Shown here one piece after another: positions 16,659-25,042 of a stretch of 40,658 bases of DNA. This DNA is from a virus (Duplodnaviria > Caudoviricetes). How positions within the stretch are numbered: position 1 is the stretch's first letter; each line of letters opens with the position of its first letter. The notes under the pieces were generated by a model, which was given only the letters and a program-made list of their open reading frames with translations, had not been told where the DNA came from and did no database searches. The position numbers and the translations under genes are program-made. The stretch is from IMG/VR virus record IMGVR_UViG_3300012352_000388, positions 1 to 40,658 of that record, one strand, 5' to 3'.

Positions 16659-16876
16659 GCCGCTATGGCATTAATTTTGTCTGGCTGGAATCCTGCCCAG
16701 CTGTCATTGCCAGAGATAACTACTGGTGCTGACATGAATCCCATGGAGACAATCTTCTCAAATGCCTCCTGGTCTTTAGAGATATCTATGGTGGTGTACT
16801 CTACCCCGTTCTTGTCCAATAGCTTCTTTGTCTGCTCGCACTGAACGCATGCTGGTTTAGTATAAACCGTTGTCAT
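16655..16876 (-). CDS. nrdH: NrdH-redoxin
   Basis: TVYTKPACVQC, GFMSAPVV, WAGFQPDKI. Confidence 0.93.
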   Translation of the reverse strand: MTTVYTKPACVQCEQTKKLLDKNGVEYTTIDISKDQEAFEKIVSMGFMSAPVVISGNDSWAGFQPDKINAIAA

Positions 16877-16959
16877 ATTATCTCCTCTATAGTTGTAGAT
16901 CTATTATACAGATTTGTTTAATAGAATATTTTTATTTGTATTACGATTGTATAACAAAG

Positions 16960-17031
16960 CACTTCCATCTGGACTCGAACCAAAAATGACGGTACCAAAA
17001 ACCGTAGTGTTGCCAATTACACCATGGAAGT
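16960..17031 (-). tRNA. tRNA-Gln(TTG)
   Basis: Cloverleaf; ACGGT-TTTTGGT-ACCGT. Confidence 0.9.
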
Positions 17032-17035
17032 ATTG

Positions 17036-17117
17036 TGAAAGTAGAGGGATTCGAACCCACTCAGCATACGCAACAGATTTACAGTCTGCCCTGGCTCTCC
17101 AACTCCAGCGTACTTCC
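17036..17117 (-). tRNA. tRNA-Tyr(GTA)
   Basis: Cloverleaf with variable arm; GCAGA-CTGTAAA-TCTGT. Confidence 0.9.
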
Positions 17118-17118
17118 T

Positions 17119-17192
17119 TGGCACCCCCTATAGGAGTCGAACCTATGCCTGCAGTTTTGGAGACTGCCGTGCTACCGTAACACTTAGGAGAT
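17119..17192 (-). tRNA. tRNA-Trp(CCA)
   Basis: Cloverleaf; GCAGT-CTCCAAA-ACTGC; encoded CCA end. Confidence 0.88.
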
Positions 17193-17216
17193 ACAAATAC
17201 TAGTCTATCAGAAAGA

Positions 17217-17972
17217 CTACGATCTGCCAAGCTTTTTATTTAAATTATCTATAAAACTAAAAAATCCTAGCTTGTCGATGCCAGCTATTGCTTTAATATC
17301 TTTTGGTAAGCAATGTCCTCCAAAGCCTAGCTTGCCATCGTCTGGGCTAGGGACAACAGTATGGCCAACTCCGATTCTTGAATCAGCACCGATGGCCTTT
17401 CTAACTTCGTCATAGGGAACTTCATAATCCTGACAGATATTGTATATTGTGTTAAATAAAATTACCTTAGTTGCCAAAGCAGCGTTAGAGGATAGCTTGA
17501 TTATAGATGCCTCCGCATGAGATACAAAAAAAGTTTCCCTGATCCATGGATAACCCATATCTCCCAGCAGATCAAAGAATGTCTGGGTCTCCTCTGTAGC
17601 TCCACCAAGAACAATTCTAGAAGCTGGGTCTCTTTGGCTCTTAAAATCATGGTGGTCCATAAATTCTGGGAAAAGGATTAGATTGTTGCCAAACAGCTTG
17701 AACAACTCCCTAGCCTTGTTTGGAGCTATTGTGCTCCTCACTACCACCTTGCCAGAATAACCAGACAGGTATTTTAGCACCGAGTCCAGATCTGAGTAGT
17801 CTTCTGGGCCTGACTGCAAGGTATCTACACAGACTATTGCGTAGGAATAGTTTTTGGGATTATCTACGACTAGACCCTTATACGGATCATGGATTTCTAT
17901 GTTGGCCAATGGCAAACTTCTTGCAGTTGCCTTGCCAACATTTCCATATCCAATAAGCAAAACATTACTCAT
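17217..17972 (-). CDS. UDP-glucose/GDP-mannose dehydrogenase family, short form lacking the C-terminal domain
   Basis: IGYGNVG, VVRSTI.P, PEF, RIVLGG, AS..KL.SN..LA.KV, DSRIG, GFGGHCLPKD. Confidence 0.88.
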   Translation of the reverse strand: MSNVLLIGYGNVGKATARSLPLANIEIHDPYKGLVVDNPKNYSYAIVCVDTLQSGPEDYSDLDSVLKYLSGYSGKVVVRSTIAPNKARELFKLFGNNLILFPEFMDHHDFKSQRDPASRIVLGGATEETQTFFDLLGDMGYPWIRETFFVSHAEASIIKLSSNAALATKVILFNTIYNICQDYEVPYDEVRKAIGADSRIGVGHTVVPSPDDGKLGFGGHCLPKDIKAIAGIDKLGFFSFIDNLNKKLGRS

Positions 17973-18858
17973 TAGCTTTCAACCAATCGTCCAAATAAAT
18001 TTGTGGATCCCAGCCAAATGCCTGAATAAACTTGCTGGAATTTGAGAAGGATGATCTAGCCTCTCCTGGACGCTGGGGAACATTTATTGTGTTATTAGAT
18101 ATCATGTGTGCCACATTTATGATCGAGTAAGACTCCTCGATGCCAGCATTATATACCTGGCCAAAGCTTTCTTTTGCAACTTTTGATGTTCCTGCTAGAT
18201 ATAATGCAGACACCACGTCAGACACGTGTGTGAAGCTCCTAGACTGGGTTCCGTCACCAACAACCGTCAGTGGCTGACCTAGATGCTTTTGCTTTTGAAA
18301 CTTTCCGATAACCGTTGCGTACTTTCCAGCTATTGGTTGCCTATCTCCGTAGACATTAAAAAATCTTAGGGCTATGGTTTCTAGCCCATAAGCTTCATTA
18401 AACACTTTGCATAGCTGCTCACCTATCAGCTTTGTGGAAGAGTAAATAGTTAAACAGTCTGGCTGCTGTGTTTCAATATTCGGAGTTGGGTTATTTCCAT
18501 ATATAGATGATGACGATGAGAACACAAATCTTTCTACCCCAGCTTCAGCCGAGCATTGCAAAACATTGGACATTCCAATAACATTAGAGGTTATCGCACC
18601 CCCTGGGTTTTCTATAGCTGGCTGAATTCTAGATATTGCTGCAAGATGGTATACGGTATGAACACCGTCGTACAGCTTCCTTGTGACCTCGTAGTTACCA
18701 GCATCCAGATTATAGTTTTCTGCTCTTGGATTCCAGTAGAACTTTTCATTCTCAAGAGCTGACTCGTTATCGATCACCCTGACCCTATGCCCAGCGGATA
18801 TCAGAAAATCTACAAGGTGTGAGCCTATGAATCCTGCACCACCAGTGACAAGTATCAT
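17965..18858 (-). CDS. NAD-dependent sugar epimerase/dehydratase (extended SDR)
   Basis: LVTGGAGFIGSH, SSSSSIYG, YSSTK, LRFFNVYG, GDGTQSRSF.HV.D. Confidence 0.92.
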   Translation of the reverse strand: MILVTGGAGFIGSHLVDFLISAGHRVRVIDNESALENEKFYWNPRAENYNLDAGNYEVTRKLYDGVHTVYHLAAISRIQPAIENPGGAITSNVIGMSNVLQCSAEAGVERFVFSSSSSIYGNNPTPNIETQQPDCLTIYSSTKLIGEQLCKVFNEAYGLETIALRFFNVYGDRQPIAGKYATVIGKFQKQKHLGQPLTVVGDGTQSRSFTHVSDVVSALYLAGTSKVAKESFGQVYNAGIEESYSIINVAHMISNNTINVPQRPGEARSSFSNSSKFIQAFGWDPQIYLDDWLKANE

Positions 18859-18878
18859 TCTGATCTTCTTTCTGTGAG

Positions 18879-18951
18879 TGACCCCAACGGGATTCGAACC
18901 CGTGCTACTGCCGTGAAAGGGCAGCGTCCTAGGCCACTAAACGATGGGGCC
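18879..18951 (-). tRNA. tRNA-Glu(TTC)
   Basis: Cloverleaf; CTGCC-CTTTCAC-GGCAG. Confidence 0.92.
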
Positions 18952-18979
18952 GATTATTGACTATACTATTCTAGCAGAG

Positions 18980-19207
18980 TCAGTCTGATTCTGCAAGTCT
19001 TTGCCAAGCCCAGTTCAAAACGTCTACAGCAAGCTGATCTCCAGCAAGATCCTTCTCTACGATTAAGCCACGCAGGTTAGACATAAACACAAGACGCTCC
19101 TCTAGGCCACCAAGACTGTAAAGGTCTGCTGTTACGTCATCGATCTTTTGTAATAACTGACGAGAACGCATCTCAATATCGTCAATGTTTTCAATGTTCA
19201 AATCCAT
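18980..19207 (-). CDS. Leaderless hypothetical protein
   Basis: TATAAT, 6 nt, then ATG (MDLNIE...). Confidence 0.7.
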   Translation of the reverse strand: MDLNIENIDDIEMRSRQLLQKIDDVTADLYSLGGLEERLVFMSNLRGLIVEKDLAGDQLAVDVLNWAWQRLAESD

Positions 19208-19245
19208 ACAATAATTATACAACCAATAATGTTATAATTTAATAG

Positions 19246-19497
19246 ATGACAAGCTTTCTTGAGTTTCAGACGCATAAAGAAAAGATGGGCTGCTTTGACT
19301 GTAAGGTCAAATACCCTCACTACATCCTCGAGTTTGATCATCGCCCAGGGGTTAAAAAGATTGACATAGTGTACCGAGTGCTAAAGAAGTTTGGTAGGGA
19401 TGCTGCATGGAAAGAAGTCCGCAAGTGCGATGTCGTTTGCTCTAATTGTCATAAAGCTAGAACATATATGCGTGAACACGGAGCTATGTCTAATTAG
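19246..19497 (+). CDS. HNH endonuclease-like protein
   Basis: GCFDC...LEFDH...KCDVVCSNCHK.RT; leaderless after TGT-TATAAT. Confidence 0.8.
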   Translation: MTSFLEFQTHKEKMGCFDCKVKYPHYILEFDHRPGVKKIDIVYRVLKKFGRDAAWKEVRKCDVVCSNCHKARTYMREHGAMSN

Positions 19498-20405
19498 ACT
19501 ATTCGGCTTGACTTTGTATAATCTTTTCCGAAGTCAGAAAATAATGCCTTGTCTGTTTCTCTGTTAACAATTCCACGTGACCAGGAGAAACCTGCGTCAC
19601 CACCCCATGCAAGCCACATGATGTAGCCATTAGATGGGTTAGCCTGATTAGCCCAGTCCTTACCCTTCTTGTCTACTTCGTGACGTGAGAAGTATGAGTA
19701 CATCCTCTTCACTGTACTAAGCGAGAGTGTCTCTCCATTAGCCAGCTGTCTAGCTCTTGTCCAGCCAACTGCAGTTCCAGCTCCTGTTGCTTTTCCGTCT
19801 TCCTTAAATTTAATAGCACGACGAGCAGCAGCCCTGGCACCAGCAGGAGGGGAATAGCCATCAGCCTTAGAAATCTTTTCTTCTTCATCATCTTCTTCTT
19901 CCGATACTTCAATATCAACTATGGTTGCATCACTGTAAAGCATACCAATTGAATAAGCGGTAGGGCAGAAGGTTCCGTCCTCTTCCTGCTCAAACATTCT
20001 TACAGCCATTGCAGGATTTTCTGGAGTGGATTCGATAGCGTACTCTGTGCCTGGTGTTCCATATGTTCCACCTTCAATCATTATGTGCTCTACCTGGCCA
20101 ATAACAAGACCCTCGGATGTGCTACCAACAACATAGTCACCCTCAACAATCTGACGATCTACTTTGGCGACTGGGATACAGTTTGGGACCATCTTGCCAT
20201 TTTCACCTGGCTTCATGCCACGCTGAGCGTAGCCCTCCCAGCAAGGATTGGCCTTGTCAATGTTTCCTTCGGACTGATTAATAGCATAAATTTGAGCTGC
20301 AGCTTCTTCTCTTGTGTCATGGCAACCCATAACTTCTCCACCCTCTTTAACTGCAGGGTATCCGCTACATCCGTAGCTTCCCTTTTCTCCAACGCTATAT
20401 GGCAT
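19494..20405 (-). CDS. Modular phage hypothetical protein
   Basis: 303 aa; modules GCH..REEA.AQ..AI, PCWEGY...MVPNCIP, acidic linker, GT.VGW.RA.QLA.GE.LSL.TVKRM.S.FSRH...W..WGG. Confidence 0.8.
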   Translation of the reverse strand: MPYSVGEKGSYGCSGYPAVKEGGEVMGCHDTREEAAAQIYAINQSEGNIDKANPCWEGYAQRGMKPGENGKMVPNCIPVAKVDRQIVEGDYVVGSTSEGLVIGQVEHIMIEGGTYGTPGTEYAIESTPENPAMAVRMFEQEEDGTFCPTAYSIGMLYSDATIVDIEVSEEEDDEEEKISKADGYSPPAGARAAARRAIKFKEDGKATGAGTAVGWTRARQLANGETLSLSTVKRMYSYFSRHEVDKKGKDWANQANPSNGYIMWLAWGGDAGFSWSRGIVNRETDKALFSDFGKDYTKSSRIV

Positions 20406-20854
20406 TATTCCATCTCCTCAGTTTCCATGCTTGCACGGATCATCCAGCAAAACTTTTGAGAGATTGTCTGACGTGTAGCAAGAAAGTCCATAAGGCCATT
20501 CTCATTTAGCTGGTTTGCTAGTCTACACGCAATCTTTAGATCTTCAATGTGCTTTTCAATTGACATGTATAGGTCTGCTAGCATTGGCTGTGGGTCCCCG
20601 ACAATCTCTGGATCCGCAATAGTTGACATATCGAAGAAGTCTGTTAGTCGATATGGGGCATATGTCTTAAGCATACGTAGCCACTCTGCGTACGTATCTG
20701 TTGCTTCGTCAAAGTCCTCGTAGATGTCTGAGAAAAAGTCGTGAAACTGTTTAAAATCATCAGACTCGACGTTCCAGTGGTATCCATGTGCCTTGAATTT
20801 TAAAGCAACGTTGTCTGAGAATAGCTGCTTTAGCTGAATAATTAATTGTTCCAT
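20405..20854 (-). CDS. dps: Dps/ferritin-like DNA protection protein
   Basis: KAHGYHWNVE...FHDFF..IYE...D.YAE.LR...WMIRAS; leaderless after TGG-TATACT. Confidence 0.9.
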   Translation of the reverse strand: MEQLIIQLKQLFSDNVALKFKAHGYHWNVESDDFKQFHDFFSDIYEDFDEATDTYAEWLRMLKTYAPYRLTDFFDMSTIADPEIVGDPQPMLADLYMSIEKHIEDLKIACRLANQLNENGLMDFLATRQTISQKFCWMIRASMETEEME

Positions 20855-20873
20855 GTTAAAAGTATACCATAAA

Positions 20874-20961
20874 GCCCCTCACACAGGCAATTCAAGCACG
20901 ATGGCCACGGTCTTATAAATAGGTAACTAATCCATCCTAAGCGTAGGCCCATGTGAGGGAC
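20874..20961 (-). ncRNA. Candidate stand-alone 88-nt structured RNA
   Basis: TGA-TATACT -10 (20968-20976) places +1 at G20961; 5' GUCCCUCACAUGGGC pairs with 3'-terminal GCCUGUGUGAGGGGC (15 bp); inner GAUGG/CCAUC. Confidence 0.65.
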
Positions 20962-20967
20962 AATATT

Positions 20968-20991
20968 AGTATATCACCATTATGATATACT
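20968..20991. promoter_or_regulatory. Back-to-back extended -10 promoters
   Basis: Inverted repeat AGTATATCA-ccatta-TGATATACT driving the ncRNA (-) and the leaderless GT32 gene (+). Confidence 0.7.
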
Positions 20992-20997
20992 TTATTA

Positions 20998-21708
20998 ATG
21001 AATCTAGGACATCTCATATACCTTGGAAATCTTAGAGATGTCTATCTGAATGCCTATTCAGAGGAGATCGAAGCCTTTTCTAGCACACAAGGTGTGGATA
21101 TTTGTATTTGGGATGATCGAATGATCAAGAACCTGATAAGGGATAACTTCGGTCTATCTGTCCTTAGTGCCTACAATGCAGTTAAGCCGTATGCGTATAA
21201 GGCAGACCTTGCAAGGCTATGCATTCTCTATGTACAGGGAGGGTTCTACTCTGACCTTGGAATCAGGTTCCTAAATAAGATAGAGCTAGACAAAGACATA
21301 ATTGTGTTTAATGATAATGCCCTAAAAAAAGTGTTTGGATATCGAGACATCATTCAGAATGCGATAATATACTCTGCACCCAAACAGCCAGAGATTCTGG
21401 AATGCATACTCAGGTTATCTGAGATATACAATGGCAGAGAGTACGGACCAGATCCAGCATACATAGGTGGCACTGTACAGATGGGAAGGGTATTTACTAG
21501 GTCAACTCATCGTATTGGCATTGGGGAAATGGGTAACTCATTTACAACAATAGAGGACCTAAAGGCTGGGGAGACTAACCTAGAGTATATATATAATGGC
21601 GTTCATGTGGCAAACTTTAAGGACATGAAGAAAAGATCTGAAATCGCATCATCCGACCCTGCAAGATCTTCTTGGGGGTATGCCTGGGATAATAGGCTAG
21701 TATACTAA
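20998..21708 (+). CDS. Glycosyltransferase family 32 (Och1-like)
   Basis: AYKADLARLCILYVQGGFYSDL, IQNAIIYSAPK.P. Confidence 0.85.
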   Translation: MNLGHLIYLGNLRDVYLNAYSEEIEAFSSTQGVDICIWDDRMIKNLIRDNFGLSVLSAYNAVKPYAYKADLARLCILYVQGGFYSDLGIRFLNKIELDKDIIVFNDNALKKVFGYRDIIQNAIIYSAPKQPEILECILRLSEIYNGREYGPDPAYIGGTVQMGRVFTRSTHRIGIGEMGNSFTTIEDLKAGETNLEYIYNGVHVANFKDMKKRSEIASSDPARSSWGYAWDNRLVY

Positions 21709-21717
21709 GTGGTATTA

Positions 21718-21743
21718 GGGCAGTTTTAAGTCATACCCAGGAC
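21718..21743 (-). ncRNA. Small H-type pseudoknot-like 3' element, copy 2
   Basis: GTCCTGGGTATGACTTAAAACTGCCC just after the hsp20 stop; stems GTC/GAC and GGGTA/TGCCC. Confidence 0.55.
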
Positions 21744-21759
21744 ACCATGACTAATTAAA

Positions 21760-22158
21760 TTACTTAATAGTAATCTTCTTAGGCTTCTTTTCTTCTGGAA
21801 CATTCTTATACAGATCAATGTATAGAATGCCATCCAGCATACTTGCACGATCTACCTCGAAATATTCTGGTAGATTAAATGAGCGAGTAAACTTGCGACC
21901 TGCAATACCCTTGTGGATATAGTTAGCTCCCTCGTCTTCCTGACGCTCACCCTTTACTGTTAGCACGTCCTTCTCTACTGAGATATCGATGCCAGCACGG
22001 TTGAATCCAGCAACAGCAAATTCAAGAACCAGATGTTCGTCTGAAATCTTGTTGATGTTGTATGGTGGGTAGGTTGCCTTTGACGGCTGTCCTGTAAAGA
22101 ATACCTTCTCAAATTCCTGAGCAAGGTTTCCAATGAATGGGTCATTAAAAATAACCAT
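21760..22158 (-). CDS. Small heat-shock protein (Hsp20/IbpA family)
   Basis: TYPPYNI, LEFAVAGF, YIHKGIAGRKFTRSFNL, DGILYIDL...PEEKKPKKI.I; AAGGAG 9 nt before ATG 22158. Confidence 0.95.
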   Translation of the reverse strand: MVIFNDPFIGNLAQEFEKVFFTGQPSKATYPPYNINKISDEHLVLEFAVAGFNRAGIDISVEKDVLTVKGERQEDEGANYIHKGIAGRKFTRSFNLPEYFEVDRASMLDGILYIDLYKNVPEEKKPKKITIK

Positions 22159-22167
22159 ATGTATCAT

Positions 22168-22185
22168 CTCCTTATATTAAGCGAG
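22168..22185 (-). promoter_or_regulatory. ROSE-like RNA thermometer hairpin masking the hsp20 SD
   Basis: CUC-G-CUU aauau AAG-GAG: UCGCU motif with bulged G paired to the SD. Confidence 0.65.
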
Positions 22186-22214
22186 TTAATTGCCCCCGAT
22201 TGGCAGGCATAAAT

Positions 22215-22223
22215 ATTATAGCA
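22215..22223 (-). promoter_or_regulatory. Extended -10 promoter of hsp20
   Basis: TGC-TATAAT. Confidence 0.7.
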
Positions 22224-22227
22224 TAAG

Positions 22228-22255
22228 AAAAGAGGGACCGCAACTGCGGCCCCCC
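22228..22255 (-). terminator. Intrinsic terminator
   Basis: GGGGGCCGC-AGTT-GCGGTCCCT followed by CTTTT. Confidence 0.8.
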
Positions 22256-22272
22256 TATCTATGTTAAGAGAA

Positions 22273-22638
22273 TTACTTCTTCTTCGGTGCTGGCTTAGCA
22301 GCAGGCTTTGCAGCTGGCTTTGCTGACTGAGCCTTGCCAGCCTTCTGGTATTCAGAAGCGAGCTTCTCGATGGCTTCCTTGTTCTTCTCCAGATATTCCT
22401 TAGAGATTACTGGCTCGCCATCCGATAGCTTTGCCAGGTGTGGCTGTGCAAGCTTCTCGATTAGACCGAATGCTGGATCGTTCTTGTTTAGTGCACGTAG
22501 TGCTACTGGAAGTAGACCTGCGATTAGTGCGTTCAATAGCTGGAGTGGGTCCGTTACCCCAGCCAGGTACAGGGCAGATGCTGCTGCAAGAACTGATCTT
22601 GCATACGATGCCACTGCTGCTTTTAGTTGCTTGTTCAT
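22273..22638 (-). CDS. Holin-like membrane protein with PAAK-repeat tail
   Basis: SYARSVLAA...LLPVALRALN.NDPAFG, two hydrophobic segments; AAGGAG RBS. Confidence 0.6.
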   Translation of the reverse strand: MNKQLKAAVASYARSVLAAASALYLAGVTDPLQLLNALIAGLLPVALRALNKNDPAFGLIEKLAQPHLAKLSDGEPVISKEYLEKNKEAIEKLASEYQKAGKAQSAKPAAKPAAKPAPKKK

Positions 22639-22648
22639 TTGTTTCTCC

Positions 22649-23041
22649 TTATTGTTTATTTATAGTGTCTGGTAATAGCTTCTGAAGCTGCTTGTTAGCC
22701 TCGAGAATCTTTACCAGCGTGGCTGCAGATGAGTTTTCTTCTAAAAGAATTAGACGAACATCCTCATCGAATTTTTTAATCCCAGCCTGTGCATCCTCGA
22801 TGTAGTCAAACGCTGCCTGACGGCTATTGTTTAAAAACATCATGAACTCATCAGACTCTAGCAGCCTCTTGTCTTCTCTGATCTGTAAAATCTGCTGTCC
22901 AAGCAGATTCTTGTCTGTCTCCGACTGCATAAACATCTTTGCCAGATTGGTGTTCTGCCTCTTTATAATCAGATACCGATATGTCAGGAATATTAATGCG
23001 AGCATTGGAATCAGAGCAAGAATATCTATCCAATTTATCAT
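22649..23041 (-). CDS. Membrane-anchored coiled-coil hypothetical protein
   Basis: N-terminal TM; F..FL..SR..AF.YIE..Q motif. Confidence 0.75.
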   Translation of the reverse strand: MINWIDILALIPMLALIFLTYRYLIIKRQNTNLAKMFMQSETDKNLLGQQILQIREDKRLLESDEFMMFLNNSRQAAFDYIEDAQAGIKKFDEDVRLILLEENSSAATLVKILEANKQLQKLLPDTINKQ

Positions 23042-23277
23042 TCTTCTTTGCCACCTTCACGAACGATAAGCACAATGGCTCCGTTATCCTCTAGGGCCTT
23101 CTTCAGTCGAATCATGTACTCCACAGCCTGACGCTTTTCGTCATCGTATAGTCTCATGAATACGTCTTCTTTTGCTCTAATGGTTAGGAATGTGTCATTG
23201 TCCTCTAGGCGAACTCCAAAGTTTTTAGGTGCTGGAATAGAATGGAATGCTACTTTCATTGCGTCTGTATACATCAA
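23038..23277 (-). CDS. Hypothetical protein
   Basis: 79 aa, ATGA overlap with the next gene. Confidence 0.75.
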   Translation of the reverse strand: MMYTDAMKVAFHSIPAPKNFGVRLEDNDTFLTIRAKEDVFMRLYDDEKRQAVEYMIRLKKALEDNGAIVLIVREGGKEE

Positions 23278-23282
23278 TCATC

Positions 23283-23573
23283 CTATCTGTCATTGGTTAG
23301 CTTTTGCCAGGTGTTACCCCACTGAGCTTTTGTCTTGTGCCTGTTAAACTCTTTAGATATTTCGCCATCCTCTAAGTATATACCGCCCCATACTCCCCAA
23401 GACTTCTGAGAAACACCAATAGCAAAACATTTTCTTGCTACGGGGCAGCCAAAGCACATTTCATCTACGTCAGCTCTGATTTCTGGGTCTTCTTCGTATG
23501 TATCAAAGAATAGATTTGTGTCAAACTTGATGCACCTGGCATCGTCTTTCCACTTATCTCTGGATATGTCCAT
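23283..23573 (-). CDS. whiB: WhiB-family Fe-S transcription factor
   Basis: W...A.C....NLFF...C.GCPV...C...WGVWGG; start may be MSRDKW region. Confidence 0.9.
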   Translation of the reverse strand: MDISRDKWKDDARCIKFDTNLFFDTYEEDPEIRADVDEMCFGCPVARKCFAIGVSQKSWGVWGGIYLEDGEISKEFNRHKTKAQWGNTWQKLTNDR

Positions 23574-23576
23574 GAG

Positions 23577-23798
23577 CTACCTCACAAACTTGCCAGGGAT
23601 CTCCCAACCAGACTCAGTGATAGGAAAAGTTTCTTTCACATACCATCTGCCCCTGACGAAAACGCCGTTTGGCTTGGACCACGCAGTAGGATTTGGCGTG
23701 GTATGTTCTACATCCCAGCCATTCCATCGCAGCGATCGCTCTGATCGGACAATATTCTCCATTTGTTCTAGAGACGTGATTGTTTTCATTGTCCCCAC
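23577..23798 (-). CDS. Hypothetical protein
   Basis: 73 aa, AAGGAG RBS; L.WNGWDV...GW.IP. Confidence 0.75.
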   Translation of the reverse strand: MGTMKTITSLEQMENIVRSERSLRWNGWDVEHTTPNPTAWSKPNGVFVRGRWYVKETFPITESGWEIPGKFVR

Positions 23799-23874
23799 TC
23801 CTTATATATTAATTTATATATATCTAGCCAGCATATCCGCAAGGCCTTTTATTTAAATACGTCTATGTCAGTAT

Positions 23875-24225
23875 TTAAAATCTATAAAACTGAACGTTTA
23901 CACCTTTATTGCTAACAGATGTAACCATCTCTGGAATTGGCTCTTTTGGCAATGCATAGTATGCGAATAGGTCTATGTCGTGAGCATTTTGCTCTATCCA
24001 ACTAGGTGGAACCTTCACAAGCTTTGACTTAATGCCCCTTGCCTTCAAGCTTCTTTCTGTAACGTTGACAAACTCCATCGCCATTGCGTTAATGTTTGCT
24101 GGTCCAGCACTGAACACCGTAAACGACTTATCATCGTCTGTCAGGTTGATTAGGGCAGACCTCATGCCAGTCAAGAAGACTGAGTAGTCATCGAATTTCT
24201 TTGTTCCCTGAACTACCACGATCAT
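23875..24225 (-). CDS. SLOG/YspA-like nucleotide-binding protein (tentative)
   Basis: MIVVVQGTKKFDDY N-terminal signature; AGGAG RBS. Confidence 0.6.
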   Translation of the reverse strand: MIVVVQGTKKFDDYSVFLTGMRSALINLTDDDKSFTVFSAGPANINAMAMEFVNVTERSLKARGIKSKLVKVPPSWIEQNAHDIDLFAYYALPKEPIPEMVTSVSNKGVNVQFYRF

Positions 24226-24625
24226 TCTCTTCTCCTAACATGTCTACGATATCTATAATCTTTTTCAATTGTACATCATCCATGGCCATTGTGTCAACCT
24301 CTCTGGTTGTTTCTTGGACAATTATCTCATCCTGGACATCGGCAACATAGAATTTATTATTAGCAATCCAGTAAGCCTCTGTTTCAGATATGATTACCTT
24401 AACATGCAACTTGCTGTGATGCTTAGTACTCTGAGTAACGATATTTGGTTCGATGCTGGAGTGGATAAGATCTTCTAGAAAAGTGAGTGGCCTCATAAGC
24501 TGATGAACTCTCGCTTGGCTAGACATCACGCCAATCTTTAAAGATTTAGAAACATTTTTTCTAAACAATGTGTTACAGACTGCAACAGTAATTAATGTGA
24601 GCGTTGCTCCTATAACGTATTCCAT
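24188..24625 (-). CDS. Membrane-anchored hypothetical protein
   Basis: Leaderless (TATAAT, 6 nt, ATG); N-terminal hydrophobic helix; AYWI.NN.FY.A. Confidence 0.75.
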   Translation of the reverse strand: MEYVIGATLTLITVAVCNTLFRKNVSKSLKIGVMSSQARVHQLMRPLTFLEDLIHSSIEPNIVTQSTKHHSKLHVKVIISETEAYWIANNKFYVADVQDEIIVQETTREVDTMAMDDVQLKKIIDIVDMLGEENDRGSSGNKEIR

Positions 24626-24637
24626 AAATATATTATA

Positions 24638-25042
24638 CTACTTATGGAGTGCACGTTGCTTTGCTAGAGCCTCGAAGTCCTTAACTTTTGTGTCCCCCAA
24701 ATATCCCCAGGCGTAACCCTTCTCAATCATTTCATGGTTAATAGAATTGCCGTCGCCATCCAAATAGAGCCAACCCAATATGCGACCATACTTCTCGGAT
24801 GAATCCATCTTCTCAGTTTTAATCACAACATTCTTTGCTGCCTTGATACGCTCTGCCAAATACTTCTTTGACTCTAGTCCAAGAGCCTTCTCTATCTTAT
24901 TGGTAGTTCTTGATTCTGGGGTATCGATACCAGCCAGACGAACACGTGAACTAAAGCTAATGTCAAACCCTAGATCAATTACAACGTCAATGGTATCTCC
25001 ATCTACTACGTTGGTTACTTCTTTTACATAATACTCAAACAT
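24638..25042 (-). CDS. Thermonuclease (SNase) family nuclease
   Basis: VVDGDTID, RVRLAGIDTPE, EKYGRILG, MIEKGYA. Confidence 0.93.
   Translation of the reverse strand: MFEYYVKEVTNVVDGDTIDVVIDLGFDISFSSRVRLAGIDTPESRTTNKIEKALGLESKKYLAERIKAAKNVVIKTEKMDSSEKYGRILGWLYLDGDGNSINHEMIEKGYAWGYLGDTKVKDFEALAKQRALHK

Noticed and set aside
16904-17230. ORFs 16904..17230 (-) and 16914..17180 (+), and likewise 35677..35865 (+)
   Set aside because: They overlie tRNA genes and are artefacts
9433-19497. HNH-like ORFs (9433..9681, 19246..19497) as intron-encoded homing endonucleases
   Set aside because: Both are free-standing with their own promoters, and no neighbouring gene appears interrupted
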